From positions 64,001 through 128,000 of the forward strand of contig OZ219865.1 of the NCBI GenBank assembly GCA_964291675.2: a DNA stretch of 64,000 nt, given 5' to 3'. This DNA is from Alphaproteobacteria bacterium (GTDB taxonomy: Bacteria > Pseudomonadota > Alphaproteobacteria > MPNO01). Below, piece after piece: positions 20,112 through 29,502 of this stretch. The notes beneath the pieces are model-generated. The model was not told where the DNA came from. It saw only the letters and a list, made by a program, of their open reading frames with translations, and searched no databases. Numbering within the stretch: position 1 is the first letter of the stretch; every line of letters starts with the position of its first letter. The translations under genes and the position numbers were made by a program.

Positions 20112-20549
20112 CTGTCCCGCATGCAAAGTTCGTATAGTTATGACTGGCGGGGCCTTGCGGATCGAGCGCAGATTGTGCTGCCGGCGTCCAGGAGGCTGAC
20201 CGACGTGCAGATCGGAAGCGCGCTGGGGGTCACCGACCGGACCGCCGGGAAGTGGCGCAACCGGTTCGCCGAACACCGTCTTGACGGGCTTGACGACGAG
20301 CCGCGCGCCGGCCGTCCGCGGCGCACCGGTGACGATGCCGTGGCGGAGGCGGTGCGCAAGACGCTGGAGGACGAGCCCCGCGACATCGTCGGGCCGTACG
20401 TGGACCCGCCGCAGCACGCCATGGTGCTTTGCGTGGACGGGAAGTCGCAAGTTCAGGCCCTGGACCGCAGCCAGCCGCCGTTGCCTCAGGACACCCGAAA
20501 CCACTGCCGCAAACACTTCATAACGCTACGAACTTCGGAATCAGGACAG
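20112..20549 (+). mobile_element. Internally deleted IS630-family element (MITE-like, both ends kept)
   Basis: Imperfect TIRs CTGTCCcGcaTgCaAAGTTCGTAtaGTTATGA / CTGTCCtGatTcCgAAGTTCGTAgcGTTATGA next to TA; remnant peptide GKWRNRF..GLDDEPRAGRPR, RDIVG.Y.DPP, VLCVDGKSQVQALDR, RTSESGQ. Confidence 0.85.
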
Positions 20550-20584
20550 TAGCGGCTGACTTCGGGCTGAGTTCGAGTTCTTTC

Positions 20585-21577
20585 TCAGGTGTCGATGGCG
20601 AGACCGGCGCCGGCGTCGCGGGCGACGGCATAGGCATGGGTGGCGATGGCGGTGTCCTGGACACCGGTGCCGGTCAGGTCGCAGACCGTAATCTCGCCAT
20701 CGCCGACCCGCCCGGGGCTGCGTCCCGCGCAGATATCGCCGAGCTCGGTCACGGAAAACCGGTTGTCGACCGCACCGGCGGCCAAAGCCGTCCGCAATTC
20801 GCCCAGCGCCTCCGACTGCCCGCGCCGATCGCAGACGAATCGATCCGCGCGGGCGAGAACGGCCGGTTCGAGCTCGTTCTTTTCTCCGGAGTCCGAGCCC
20901 ATGGCGGTGATGTGCTGACCCGGCCTGAGCCACGCCGCATAGACCAGCGGTGCGCGCGCCGGGGTGGTCGTGAGCACGACGCGCGATTCGGCGACGCAGG
21001 CCTCGGCGCTCGGCGCGACATCGACGGAGCAGCCGAGCGCCGCGCTCATCCTGGCGGCGTAGGCGGCCGCCTTTCGCGCATCCCGCGTCCAGACCAGAAC
21101 GCGATCGAAATCGCGGACCAGATTGAGCGCCCGAAGCTGGAGATCGGCCTGGACGCCCGCGCCGATCACCCCCACCGTGCCGACGCGCGCCGGCGCCAGA
21201 TGTTTCGCCGCGACGGCGCCCGCCGCCGCCGTCCGCACATCGGTCAGGTAGCCGTTGTCGAGCAGGACCGCCTGAACCACCCCGGTCGCCGCGCTGAACA
21301 GGACCATCAGTCCGTTGAGGCTCGGCAACCCCAGCCGCGGATTGTCGAAGAAGCCGGGGCTGACCTTGACGGCAAACCCGTCGAGGCCGGGCACGTAGGC
21401 GGTCTTGACATCGACCTCGCCGTTGGCCGCCTCGATGGCCATGGAAAGCACCGGCGGCATCACGACCGCGCCGCCGGCGAGAGCCGCGAACGCCTCTTCC
21501 ACGATCGAGACCGCTTCGGCGTCGACGGCGACCAGGGCGCGCAAATCGGATTCGGTCAGGACGGCGATTCGCGCCAT
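20585..21577 (-). CDS. eutC: Ectoine utilization cyclodeaminase-family protein EutC
   Basis: GEVDVKTAYVPG, KVSPGFFDNPRLGLPSLNGLM, DLTGTGVQDTAIA. Confidence 0.88.
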   Translation of the reverse strand: MARIAVLTESDLRALVAVDAEAVSIVEEAFAALAGGAVVMPPVLSMAIEAANGEVDVKTAYVPGLDGFAVKVSPGFFDNPRLGLPSLNGLMVLFSAATGVVQAVLLDNGYLTDVRTAAAGAVAAKHLAPARVGTVGVIGAGVQADLQLRALNLVRDFDRVLVWTRDARKAAAYAARMSAALGCSVDVAPSAEACVAESRVVLTTTPARAPLVYAAWLRPGQHITAMGSDSGEKNELEPAVLARADRFVCDRRGQSEALGELRTALAAGAVDNRFSVTELGDICAGRSPGRVGDGEITVCDLTGTGVQDTAIATHAYAVARDAGAGLAIDT

Positions 21578-21593
21578 TTCGGCGGCGGTCCGC

Positions 21594-22406
21594 TCAGCCG
21601 GCTTCGAGGACGGCGCTCAGGAATTGTCGCGTTCGTGCGCTTTGCGGGTCGCCGAACAGCCGGTCGGGCGGTCCCTGCTCTTCAATCTTTCCGTCGTAGA
21701 AAAAGCACACGCGATCGGAGATTTCCCGGGCGAAGCCCATCTGGTGGGTGACCATGAGCATGGTCAGATTGTGTTCGGTATTGAGCAGCCGGATGACGTT
21801 CAGCACTTCGCCGATCACTTCCGGGTCGAGCGCCGAAGTGACTTCGTCCAGCAGCATCACTTTCGGGCGCATGGCGAGAGCCCGGGCTATGGCGACGCGC
21901 TGCTGCTGGCCGCCGGACAGGCGCGAGGGATGCTGGTCCTGCTTGTCGGCCAGCCCCACCAGCTCCAGCAGTTCTATGGCCCTTTCCTCCGCTTCCTGCT
22001 TGGGCAGGCCGAGAACCTGGATCGGCGCTTCGATGCAGTTTTGCAGCGCCGTCATGTGGGGAAACAGGTTGAAGTGCTGGAACACCATGCCGATATTCGT
22101 CCGCATCCGGCGAAGATGCCCGGGGGACGCGCGAACCAGCCGGTCCCCTTCGGCCATATGGGTGAGCGGCTCCCTGTCGACGTAGATTGCACCTTCGTCG
22201 ATTTCCTCAAGCGTCATCAGCATGCGCAGAACGGTCGTCTTGCCCGAGCCCGACGGCCCGATGATCGACACCATCTCGTTTGCGGCAACATCGAGATCGA
22301 GCGCGTCCAGAACGGTCAGGGAGCCGTACCGCTTGGTTACGGCGGCGAACCGCACCATGGGGACATCCTCGCCTTCGAGCTGTAACGGCAGGTTGTTTTC
22401 AGTCAT
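21594..22406 (-). CDS. ehuA: Ectoine/hydroxyectoine ABC ATP-binding protein EhuA
   Basis: GPSGSGKTTVLRMLMTLE, LSGGQQQRVAIARALAMRP, LDEVTSALDPE. Confidence 0.88.
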   Translation of the reverse strand: MTENNLPLQLEGEDVPMVRFAAVTKRYGSLTVLDALDLDVAANEMVSIIGPSGSGKTTVLRMLMTLEEIDEGAIYVDREPLTHMAEGDRLVRASPGHLRRMRTNIGMVFQHFNLFPHMTALQNCIEAPIQVLGLPKQEAEERAIELLELVGLADKQDQHPSRLSGGQQQRVAIARALAMRPKVMLLDEVTSALDPEVIGEVLNVIRLLNTEHNLTMLMVTHQMGFAREISDRVCFFYDGKIEEQGPPDRLFGDPQSARTRQFLSAVLEAG

Positions 22407-22425
22407 CGTGCTCGCCTGCGGATAG

Positions 22426-23097
22426 TTACGATGTCATGCCGAGACGCCGCTTCACCCAGGCTTCGAATTGTCGAAGTCCTCCGGCGGTCGGCAGCGAAAT
22501 AATCAGGAAAATTATGCCCACCAGGGTGTAGGGCTCCAGGTAACGATAGGTCTCCGAGCCCAGCGCGCCGGCCACATGCATCAGCTCCGCCACCCCGATG
22601 ACCGAGAGCATCGGCGTATCCTTGAATATGCCGACAAGGTAGTTTCCCATGCCCGGGAGCGCAGCCGGCAGGGCCTGCGGAATGATGATCCGCGAGTAGG
22701 TCCGGCGCATGCTGAGATTGAGCGCGCGGCAAGCCTCCCACTGGCCCTTCGGAATGCTCTCGATCCCGGCGCGATACACCTCGGAGAGATAGCTCGCGTA
22801 GTGCAGGCCGATCGCGATCATGCCCGCGGTCCAGGGCGACAGGCGGATGCCGAATTGCGGCGCGACGTAGAAAACGAAGAAAATCTGGAGCACCAGCGGA
22901 GTCGAGCGGATAAACTCGACGGATTCCCGAACGCCCAGGGTGAGCGGCTTGTACCGGGTGCGCTGGCCCAGTGCGAACATCAGACCGACGACAAGCGCGA
23001 TCAGATAGCCGATCCCGGCGGCGAGCAGCGTGTTTAGCGTGGCCTCGATCAGCCGCGGCAGGATTTCGAAAGTAAAGTCCCAACGCCAGTCGAACAT
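22426..23097 (-). CDS. ehuD: Ectoine ABC permease EhuD
   Basis: W.WDF N-terminus, EFIRSTPLVLQ, GLHYASYLSEVYRAGI, GNYLVGIFKDTP. Confidence 0.85.
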   Translation of the reverse strand: MFDWRWDFTFEILPRLIEATLNTLLAAGIGYLIALVVGLMFALGQRTRYKPLTLGVRESVEFIRSTPLVLQIFFVFYVAPQFGIRLSPWTAGMIAIGLHYASYLSEVYRAGIESIPKGQWEACRALNLSMRRTYSRIIIPQALPAALPGMGNYLVGIFKDTPMLSVIGVAELMHVAGALGSETYRYLEPYTLVGIIFLIISLPTAGGLRQFEAWVKRRLGMTS

Positions 23098-23110
23098 CGC
23101 GCCGCCTCCC

Positions 23111-23776
23111 CTATGCCCGGCCCAGCTTGCGGGCCATGACCAGTTCGAGCCGCCGCATTCCCGGCGTGATCATGTATCGTGCCATGATGTAATAGATGAT
23201 CAGCGCGATGCCGAACGCTTCGATCGACAGGAATGTCGATCCGTTGATCTGCTTCGCTTCGAACATGAGGTCGCCGACCGAGATCAAGGCGACGAGGGCC
23301 GTCCCTTTCAGGAGCTCGATCAGCAGGTTGCCCCATTGCGGCAGCATGATGAGAACCGCCTGGGGCAGGATGATCCGGCGCATTTTGCTTGCAGGCGGAA
23401 TGTTCAGGGCCAGGGCCGCCTCGTACTGGCCGCGCGGCACGGACTGGATCGCGCCGCGGACCACCTCCGCACCGTAGGCGCCGAGATTCATTCCGACGGC
23501 CACGAACCCCGCGGTGAATTTCTCCAGGGGCAGGCCGAACAGCGGAAGAACGAAAAATATCCAGTACAGCTGCACCAGCAATGAGGTGCCGCGAAAAATT
23601 TCGATGTAGACGATCGCGATGCCCCTGACGACCAGATTCCGGGCGAGCCGCATCAATCCCATCAGCAGGGCAATGGCGATCGCAAGCAGCGACGCCAGCA
23701 CCGTCTGCTGCGCGGTTATCCAGGCCCCGGAGGCGAACCGCGGCCAGTATTCCAGAAGGAAATCAAGGAATGTCAT
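23111..23776 (-). CDS. ehuC: Ectoine ABC permease EhuC
   Basis: YIEIFRGTSLLVQLYW, AYGAEVVRGAI, GNLLIELLKGTAL. Confidence 0.87.
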   Translation of the reverse strand: MTFLDFLLEYWPRFASGAWITAQQTVLASLLAIAIALLMGLMRLARNLVVRGIAIVYIEIFRGTSLLVQLYWIFFVLPLFGLPLEKFTAGFVAVGMNLGAYGAEVVRGAIQSVPRGQYEAALALNIPPASKMRRIILPQAVLIMLPQWGNLLIELLKGTALVALISVGDLMFEAKQINGSTFLSIEAFGIALIIYYIMARYMITPGMRRLELVMARKLGRA

Positions 23777-23836
23777 CGGCGCAATGCCCCCCGCGCAGCC
23801 GCATCCTGCGCCCGCGCTGCAAATTCAGCCGATGCC

Positions 23837-23886
23837 GGAATCCGGCTGCCGGCGCTGGACGCGCAATCGCCGGCAGCCGGAATTCC
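23837..23886. other. Strong intercistronic stem-loop between ehuB and ehuC
   Basis: GGAATCCGGCTGCCGGCG-N13-CGCCGGCAGCCGGAATTCC; such hairpins commonly stabilise binding-protein mRNA. Confidence 0.65.
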
Positions 23887-23894
23887 ATGAACCG

Positions 23895-24746
23895 TTACCG
23901 GTTTGCGCATGCGTGTGCCGTGGTCGCGTCGCCAGGCAGTTGCGCGTTGGTGTAACCGTAGGGCTTCACGGCCGCCAACATCTCGTCCGAGCCGAGATAG
24001 CCCTTGAGCGCGGCATTGAACGCCTTCTGCATGGCCCCGTCCGACTGGCGGAACGCGATGCCCACCCAGTTCAGGGTCCATTTCGGCAGCTTCGACGGAT
24101 CGGTCACGGATACCGCTCCGGCCGATTTCTTGGCCAGGTTCAGCGCCGTGAAGTAGGTGACGCCGCCGGCCGCCGCACGTTCTGCCTTGACTGCCGCCAG
24201 TATCTCGGTCGGCCCGGGAACCTGCATGATCTTGTCGGCCGCAATGCCCTGCTTCTTCGCCACGCCGATGATGTTGTACCCGGCGCCGGTGACCAGCGTC
24301 GCCCCGAGGCGCTTGATGTCGGCATAGGTCTGGATGCCCTGGGGGTTGCCCTTGGCGACGATGAAGGCATCGCCGAACACGCCGATCGGGTCGGAGAACA
24401 GCACGTTCTCGCAGCGCTTCTTCAGGATATACATCCCGCCGGTGATGACATCGAACCGGTTCGCCCTGAGGCCGGGGATCAGCCCGCCCCATTCGGTCAC
24501 CACCGGCGAGATCGTCTTGGCGCCCATTTTGTTGAGGACGCCGACGGCGATGGCGTTGGCGAAGCCGAGCGGCTTCTTGTTCTCGCCCGGATAGGCCCAC
24601 GGCACCTCGTTGGCAAAACCGATGCGAACCGGCTTTCCGGCCTTCAGATCGGCAAGCATATCCGCCTGGGCCGCCGGGACCGCAACGGCAGTTGCAAGTA
24701 TTGCGGCGGACAGGCCGACGATCCGTTTCCTCCAATTCCAATTCAT
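23895..24746 (-). CDS. ehuB: Ectoine/hydroxyectoine ABC substrate-binding protein EhuB-like
   Basis: Signal peptide, RIGFANEVPWAY, TEWGGLIPGL..RFDVITGGMYI..RC. Confidence 0.8.
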   Translation of the reverse strand: MNWNWRKRIVGLSAAILATAVAVPAAQADMLADLKAGKPVRIGFANEVPWAYPGENKKPLGFANAIAVGVLNKMGAKTISPVVTEWGGLIPGLRANRFDVITGGMYILKKRCENVLFSDPIGVFGDAFIVAKGNPQGIQTYADIKRLGATLVTGAGYNIIGVAKKQGIAADKIMQVPGPTEILAAVKAERAAAGGVTYFTALNLAKKSAGAVSVTDPSKLPKWTLNWVGIAFRQSDGAMQKAFNAALKGYLGSDEMLAAVKPYGYTNAQLPGDATTAHACANR

Positions 24747-24847
24747 CGTTTACCTCCTTCGGGTTTTCCGGTGAGTCGCTTCACCGGTGCGCCGGTCCGG
24801 CGGACATGCCGCGAACCGGCGGAACGTCGGACCGCGCCGGCATGCCG

Positions 24848-26026
24848 TCATGCTGCCGACCTCAGACCGACCATCCAATTGCGCAGCCGGTCCAGAAACC
24901 CGAGACAGGCCTCCAGCTGGCTGATCGCAATGAATTCGTCCGGCTTGTGCGCCTGTTCGATGCTTCCGGGTCCGAACAGGACTGTGGACATCTCCGAGTT
25001 CTGGAAATGTCCTGCGTCCGACCCGAATGACGCCACCCGGTCGGAGTTCAACCCGGTCAGGTGTCGGATCAGATCGATCGCCTCCATGTTCCGGCCCTGG
25101 TCGAGTCCCGGCAGCGCGGCGAATATTTCGGTGTCGATTTCCGCGGCGGGACAATGTCGCCGCATTTCCGGCAGGAGATGGCGCGCGGCAAACCTGCGAA
25201 CTCGTTCAATGACGGCCTCGCCGTCGACCCCCGGTAGCGGTCGCAGTTCCCAATCGAACGTGCAGTTGCCGGCGACGATATTTCGTGCGACGCCGCCCTC
25301 GATTGTGCCGACGCTGATCGTCGAATAGGGCGGATCGTATGGCGACTGGGCGTCCGCATCCTTTTCGAGTTCCCGCGCGACACGGCGAAGGAAGTCGATA
25401 TAGCGCGCGGCATACTCGATTGCGTTCACACCCTTCCGCGGATCGGACGCATGCGCTTCGAGACCGCGAATCGCGGTCGTCATCTCGAAGCCGCCCTTGT
25501 GTCCCGAAACGATCTGCATTTCGGTCGGCTCGCCGACAATGGCGATCGCCGGCGCGAACGGCTGTTCTTTCAGCCTGTCCAGCAGGATGGGGGCGCCGCA
25601 GCTGCCGATCTCTTCATCGAACGTGAAGGCCAGATGGAGCGGTCGCTCCAATTCCGACGACACCAAATCGGGCACTGCCGCCAGGGCGCACGCAATGAAC
25701 CCCTTCATGTCCGCCGTTCCGCGCCCGAACAGATATCCGTTCCGGCGGGTCATCTCGAAGGGTGGGGTCTTCCAGTCCTGCCCTGCAACCGGCACGACAT
25801 CGGTATGGCCCGACAGGACAATGCCGCCGTCGGTTTCCGGCCCGATGGTCGCAAAGAGATTGGCTTTCTCGCCCCGGTCGTCGCTGCTGAGCTGCACCGT
25901 CACGCCGAAGCGGTCCAGATAGGCGACGACAAAGTCGATCAGCTCGAGGTTGGAGGCGGCCGATACGGTTTCGAAGCCGACCAATTCGGCCAGCAGGTCA
26001 ATCGTCCGGTCCAGTCGCGCGGTCAT
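24848..26026 (-). CDS. ArgE-like M20 N-acetyl amino acid deacetylase
   Basis: LSGHTDVVPV, GRGTADMKGF, FDEEIG, GEPT, QAHKPDEF; start MTARLD overlaps the eutB stop. Confidence 0.9.
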   Translation of the reverse strand: MTARLDRTIDLLAELVGFETVSAASNLELIDFVVAYLDRFGVTVQLSSDDRGEKANLFATIGPETDGGIVLSGHTDVVPVAGQDWKTPPFEMTRRNGYLFGRGTADMKGFIACALAAVPDLVSSELERPLHLAFTFDEEIGSCGAPILLDRLKEQPFAPAIAIVGEPTEMQIVSGHKGGFEMTTAIRGLEAHASDPRKGVNAIEYAARYIDFLRRVARELEKDADAQSPYDPPYSTISVGTIEGGVARNIVAGNCTFDWELRPLPGVDGEAVIERVRRFAARHLLPEMRRHCPAAEIDTEIFAALPGLDQGRNMEAIDLIRHLTGLNSDRVASFGSDAGHFQNSEMSTVLFGPGSIEQAHKPDEFIAISQLEACLGFLDRLRNWMVGLRSAA

Positions 26027-27039
26027 CCGCAAAGTCCGTCGGTTTCCGGCCGATGCCGTTGCGCAATCTCTATCAGCCGGGCGCCATCGACGGCGTTGCC
26101 GGTCAGGACCAGCGCGATCCGGTCCCCCGGGTCGTTCCGGGGACGGTGCAAGAGGGCCGCGATCGGCGTCGCCGCCGCGCCTTCCAGGATCAGCCGCTCC
26201 CGCCAGAAGGCCCAGGCCATCGCACGAGCGATCTGCTCTTCGTCGACCAGCACAATGTCGTCGACCAGATCGCGAACCATGGCGAAGGTGTAACGGTTGT
26301 CCAGCAGGATGCCGCCCTGGAGGCTGTCCGCCAGGCTCTCGACTTCGGGAACGAGAACCGGATGCCCGGCCTGTTGACTGGCATGCATGGCCGCGCCGCG
26401 ATCCATGGAGACGCCGAGGATCCGGCAGTCCGGCCGATGCCGTTTGACCGCGAGGGCGATGCCCGAAATCAGTCCGCCGCCGCTCAACGGCACGATCACC
26501 GAATCGACTTCGTCCAGGTCGTCGACGATCTCCAGTCCGATCGTTCCCTGGCCGGCGATGACGTACCGGTCGTTGAACGGATCGATGACGGACAAACCCT
26601 CTTCGCGTACCAGGCGATGCGCGAGTTCGCCGGCTTCGTCCTGGGAGGCGCCGTGGATGCGCAACTCGCAGCCCGTCGCCGCGAGCGCCTCGATCTTGCC
26701 CGGCGTTACCTGTTCCGACACGCAGACCGTTGCCGGAATGCCGAGCCGACCGGCGACATGGGCGACGGCCCGTCCGTGATTCCCGGTCGAGTAGGTAACG
26801 ACGCCGCGCCGACGCGCTTCCTCGTCCAATGCGAGAATGGCGTTCGCGGCGCCGCGAACCTTGAAGGCGCCGGTATCCTGGAGCGTTTCGAGTTTCAAGA
26901 AGACGGCGGCGTCCGCGCGCCTGGACAAATCCGCCGACGGCAGAAGCGGCGTTCGCCGGGCAATTCCGCTGATCCGTTGCCGCGCGGTCTCCACGTCCGC
27001 CAGACCGATCGTGTCGGCCGCAGGCGCGACGCCGTCCAT
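26023..27039 (-). CDS. eutB: PLP-dependent threonine-dehydratase-like EutB
   Basis: LKLETLQDTGAFKVRGA, STGNHGRAVA, PLSGGGLISG, SLADSLQGGI. Confidence 0.85.
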   Translation of the reverse strand: MDGVAPAADTIGLADVETARQRISGIARRTPLLPSADLSRRADAAVFLKLETLQDTGAFKVRGAANAILALDEEARRRGVVTYSTGNHGRAVAHVAGRLGIPATVCVSEQVTPGKIEALAATGCELRIHGASQDEAGELAHRLVREEGLSVIDPFNDRYVIAGQGTIGLEIVDDLDEVDSVIVPLSGGGLISGIALAVKRHRPDCRILGVSMDRGAAMHASQQAGHPVLVPEVESLADSLQGGILLDNRYTFAMVRDLVDDIVLVDEEQIARAMAWAFWRERLILEGAAATPIAALLHRPRNDPGDRIALVLTGNAVDGARLIEIAQRHRPETDGLCG

Positions 27040-27242
27040 ACCTAGTTCTCGACCATTGCGCGATGCGTTGCCGCAGGCCGCCGGGCGCATTCGGCGGCCG
27101 GAAACGACACCCTGCAGGAGGCGCCCGCCATATCGACAACGGCGGCCGAGAAACCCATGCAACCTCCCTTCCATGCGATCGGGAACGGTAGCACGCGCCG
27201 ACCAGAGATACAATTCTCCGGTCGCCCGGACCTCCAGACCAA

Positions 27243-27312
27243 GACAATTGTCGCGTAATCCAGCCGAAATACAGTAGCCGCCTCCCGGCACGGGGCCTTA
27301 ATGATATATATC
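27243..27312. promoter_or_regulatory. Candidate operators in the divergent eutB/gntR intergenic region
   Basis: Perfect AT-rich palindromes GACAATTGTC (27243-52) and GATATATATC (27303-12) in a GC-rich background. Confidence 0.45.
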
Positions 27313-27497
27313 TGGGGAGCATGGACCGATGGCATGCCGGTCCGGGCGGCCGGTCTTGCGCAACGGCCGGCACGAACCCGGGGTGTGCCCGGCGCCGGGC
27401 CCTCGCACCGTCGCGCGGGACACGATCCGAGTCCGTGTCGGCGCCCGGTGGAGAGTCGTAAACTGGCCGCGCAGGCCCTGATCGAGAGCTTCCGTTC

Positions 27498-28265
27498 ATG
27501 TCCAACGAGCAAGCTGTTATCGACCTGATTTCCGGAGAGGAGGCAGAGCGGTTCGGCGACGCCCCCGCGGCGGAAACGCCTCGGGAGACGCCGTCGCGCC
27601 GCCGCTTTCGTGCCATTCACCGGCTGTTGCGACGCCGGATTGCCATGTTGGACTACCCACCCGGCCAGCGTCTCGACATCGATCGGCTGGCCGCCGAGCT
27701 GAACGTCAGCCGCACGCCGATCAGAAGCGTCCTCCAGCAGATGGAGTTCGAAGGGCTGGTCTCGACGCTGCATGGCGTCGGCACGACGGTGACCGCCATC
27801 GATACCGCCCATCTGCGAGAAGCGGTCGACCTTCGAACCCGACTCGCCGAACTGATCGGGGTTCTCAGCCCGCTTGCGCCCTCTTCGGAGGCGATCGGAT
27901 GGCTGCGAACCGCGCGGCAGGCCTGCGATGGTCTTTACGAAGATCGCGACATTCGCAAGTTTGCGGCCATCGACATGAGACTGCACGATGCGGTCTGCAC
28001 GGTGATCGGCAACTCGCTGCTGCTGAAGACCTACGACGACCTGTACTACCGCACCGCGCGCATGTGGTTCTATTTCCTGCCCAAACTCGACTGGCATCAG
28101 GAAATTGCGATTTTTGCGTCCGATATCGATCAGACCCGTAGCGCAATGATCCGCGGCGACACGCGCGCCGTCGGTTTTCTGGTCAGGAATGCCGTTTCCG
28201 CTGCCGTAATCCGCCTCGACGACCTGATCGCGCAGGCGGAGACCGACACTCTGGAACTCGGATGA
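27498..28265 (+). CDS. GntR/FCD family transcriptional regulator
   Basis: YPPGQRL..LAAELNVSRTPIRSVL HTH; FCD-type D.RLH...GN; no aminotransferase domain. Confidence 0.9.
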   Translation: MSNEQAVIDLISGEEAERFGDAPAAETPRETPSRRRFRAIHRLLRRRIAMLDYPPGQRLDIDRLAAELNVSRTPIRSVLQQMEFEGLVSTLHGVGTTVTAIDTAHLREAVDLRTRLAELIGVLSPLAPSSEAIGWLRTARQACDGLYEDRDIRKFAAIDMRLHDAVCTVIGNSLLLKTYDDLYYRTARMWFYFLPKLDWHQEIAIFASDIDQTRSAMIRGDTRAVGFLVRNAVSAAVIRLDDLIAQAETDTLELG

Positions 28266-29455
28266 GCAAATTCGGCGATTACGTCATTCCGTTTTCCTGC
28301 GACGAATACGCGGCCCGCGCCACGCGTGTCCGGTCCATGATGCGGGATCGCGACCTGGATTTGTTGATTTGTCAGGACCCGGCGAACATGTGTTGGCTGA
28401 CCGGTTACGACAGCTGGTCCTTCTATACGCCCCAGGCGGTCGTTCTCGCTGCGGCCGAGGACTGGTCGATCTGGTTCGGGCGGCCGCAAGACGCCCGGGC
28501 GGCAAGGCTCACGACAATTCTGCCCGACGACAGGATTGCCTGCTTCGACGAAGCGCTGGTCCATCACCCGGAGCGTCACCCGTTCGACGACCTATGCACC
28601 CTGCTGCGCCACCGCGGCTACGGACGGGCCCGGATCGCGGTCGAGATGGATGCGCACTACTTCACGGCTCGGGCGCACCGTCATCTGGTCCGGGGTTTGC
28701 CGGACGCGGCGTTCGAGGACAGCCGGGAACTGGTCAACTGGGCGAAGGCGGTCAAATCGGACGCCGAATTGACCTACATGCGCCACGCCGGGCGAATCTG
28801 CACGGCGGCTCTGGATGCAGCCCTCGCGGTCATGGCGCCGGGAGTGCCCGAGTCGAGGGTTGTCGCGGAGGTCTACAAATCGCAGACCGTCGGGGTGGAC
28901 GGCGTCAGCGGTGACTACACCAGCTTGTGCCCGCTGATTCAGGTCGGCGAAGGCACGAGCACACCGCACCTGACCTGGTCCGAGGCGCCCTTGCCCGACG
29001 ATACCCTCGTCATACTGGAAATCGCCGGCGCCCGGCGGCACTACACGGCGCCGATCGTGCGCACGATTCATCTCGGTCCGCCTCCGCAAGAGATCGCCGA
29101 CCTGGCGAAGGTCATCGTCGAAGGAGTCGATGCGGCGCTCGACATGGCGCGCCCCGGCGCGACCTGCGAGGAGGTCGAGGCTGTCTGGCAGAAGATTCTC
29201 AACCGTAACGGCTTCGAGAAGAAGAGCCGCGTCGGCTACTCCATCGGCCTTGCCTTCCCGCCCGATTGGGGCGAGCGCACGATGAGTCTGCGTCCGGGCG
29301 ATACGACCGTCCTGGAGAGCGGGATGTGTTTCCACTTCCAGTCCGGCGTCTGGCTGGACGCCTACGGCGCGGCGATTTCGGAGTCGTTTGTCGTCACGGA
29401 AGCGGGCGGGGAGCGCCTCTGCGACGTCGAGCGGCGGCTCATCGTCATCGACTGA
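28262..29455 (+). CDS. eutD: Ectoine hydrolase EutD/DoeA-like M24 family protein
   Basis: DPANMCWLTGYDSWSFY, ELVNWAKAVKS, HLTW, GYSIGLAFPPDWGERTMSLRPGD. Confidence 0.85.
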   Translation: MSKFGDYVIPFSCDEYAARATRVRSMMRDRDLDLLICQDPANMCWLTGYDSWSFYTPQAVVLAAAEDWSIWFGRPQDARAARLTTILPDDRIACFDEALVHHPERHPFDDLCTLLRHRGYGRARIAVEMDAHYFTARAHRHLVRGLPDAAFEDSRELVNWAKAVKSDAELTYMRHAGRICTAALDAALAVMAPGVPESRVVAEVYKSQTVGVDGVSGDYTSLCPLIQVGEGTSTPHLTWSEAPLPDDTLVILEIAGARRHYTAPIVRTIHLGPPPQEIADLAKVIVEGVDAALDMARPGATCEEVEAVWQKILNRNGFEKKSRVGYSIGLAFPPDWGERTMSLRPGDTTVLESGMCFHFQSGVWLDAYGAAISESFVVTEAGGERLCDVERRLIVID

Positions 29456-29502
29456 CCCGGGAAGCGGCGGCCAGATATCCCGGTCACCGGCCGTCCATCC
29501 GC

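Noticed and set aside
20121-20552. 143-aa ORF as a functional transposase
   Set aside because: Internal deletions remove most of the DDE domain, and the first catalytic motif reads VDGKS rather than VDEKS
24848-27616. 922-aa ORF suggesting a large fusion protein
   Set aside because: Only the last 392 aa (from 26026) are ArgE-like; the rest is an alternate frame over eutB
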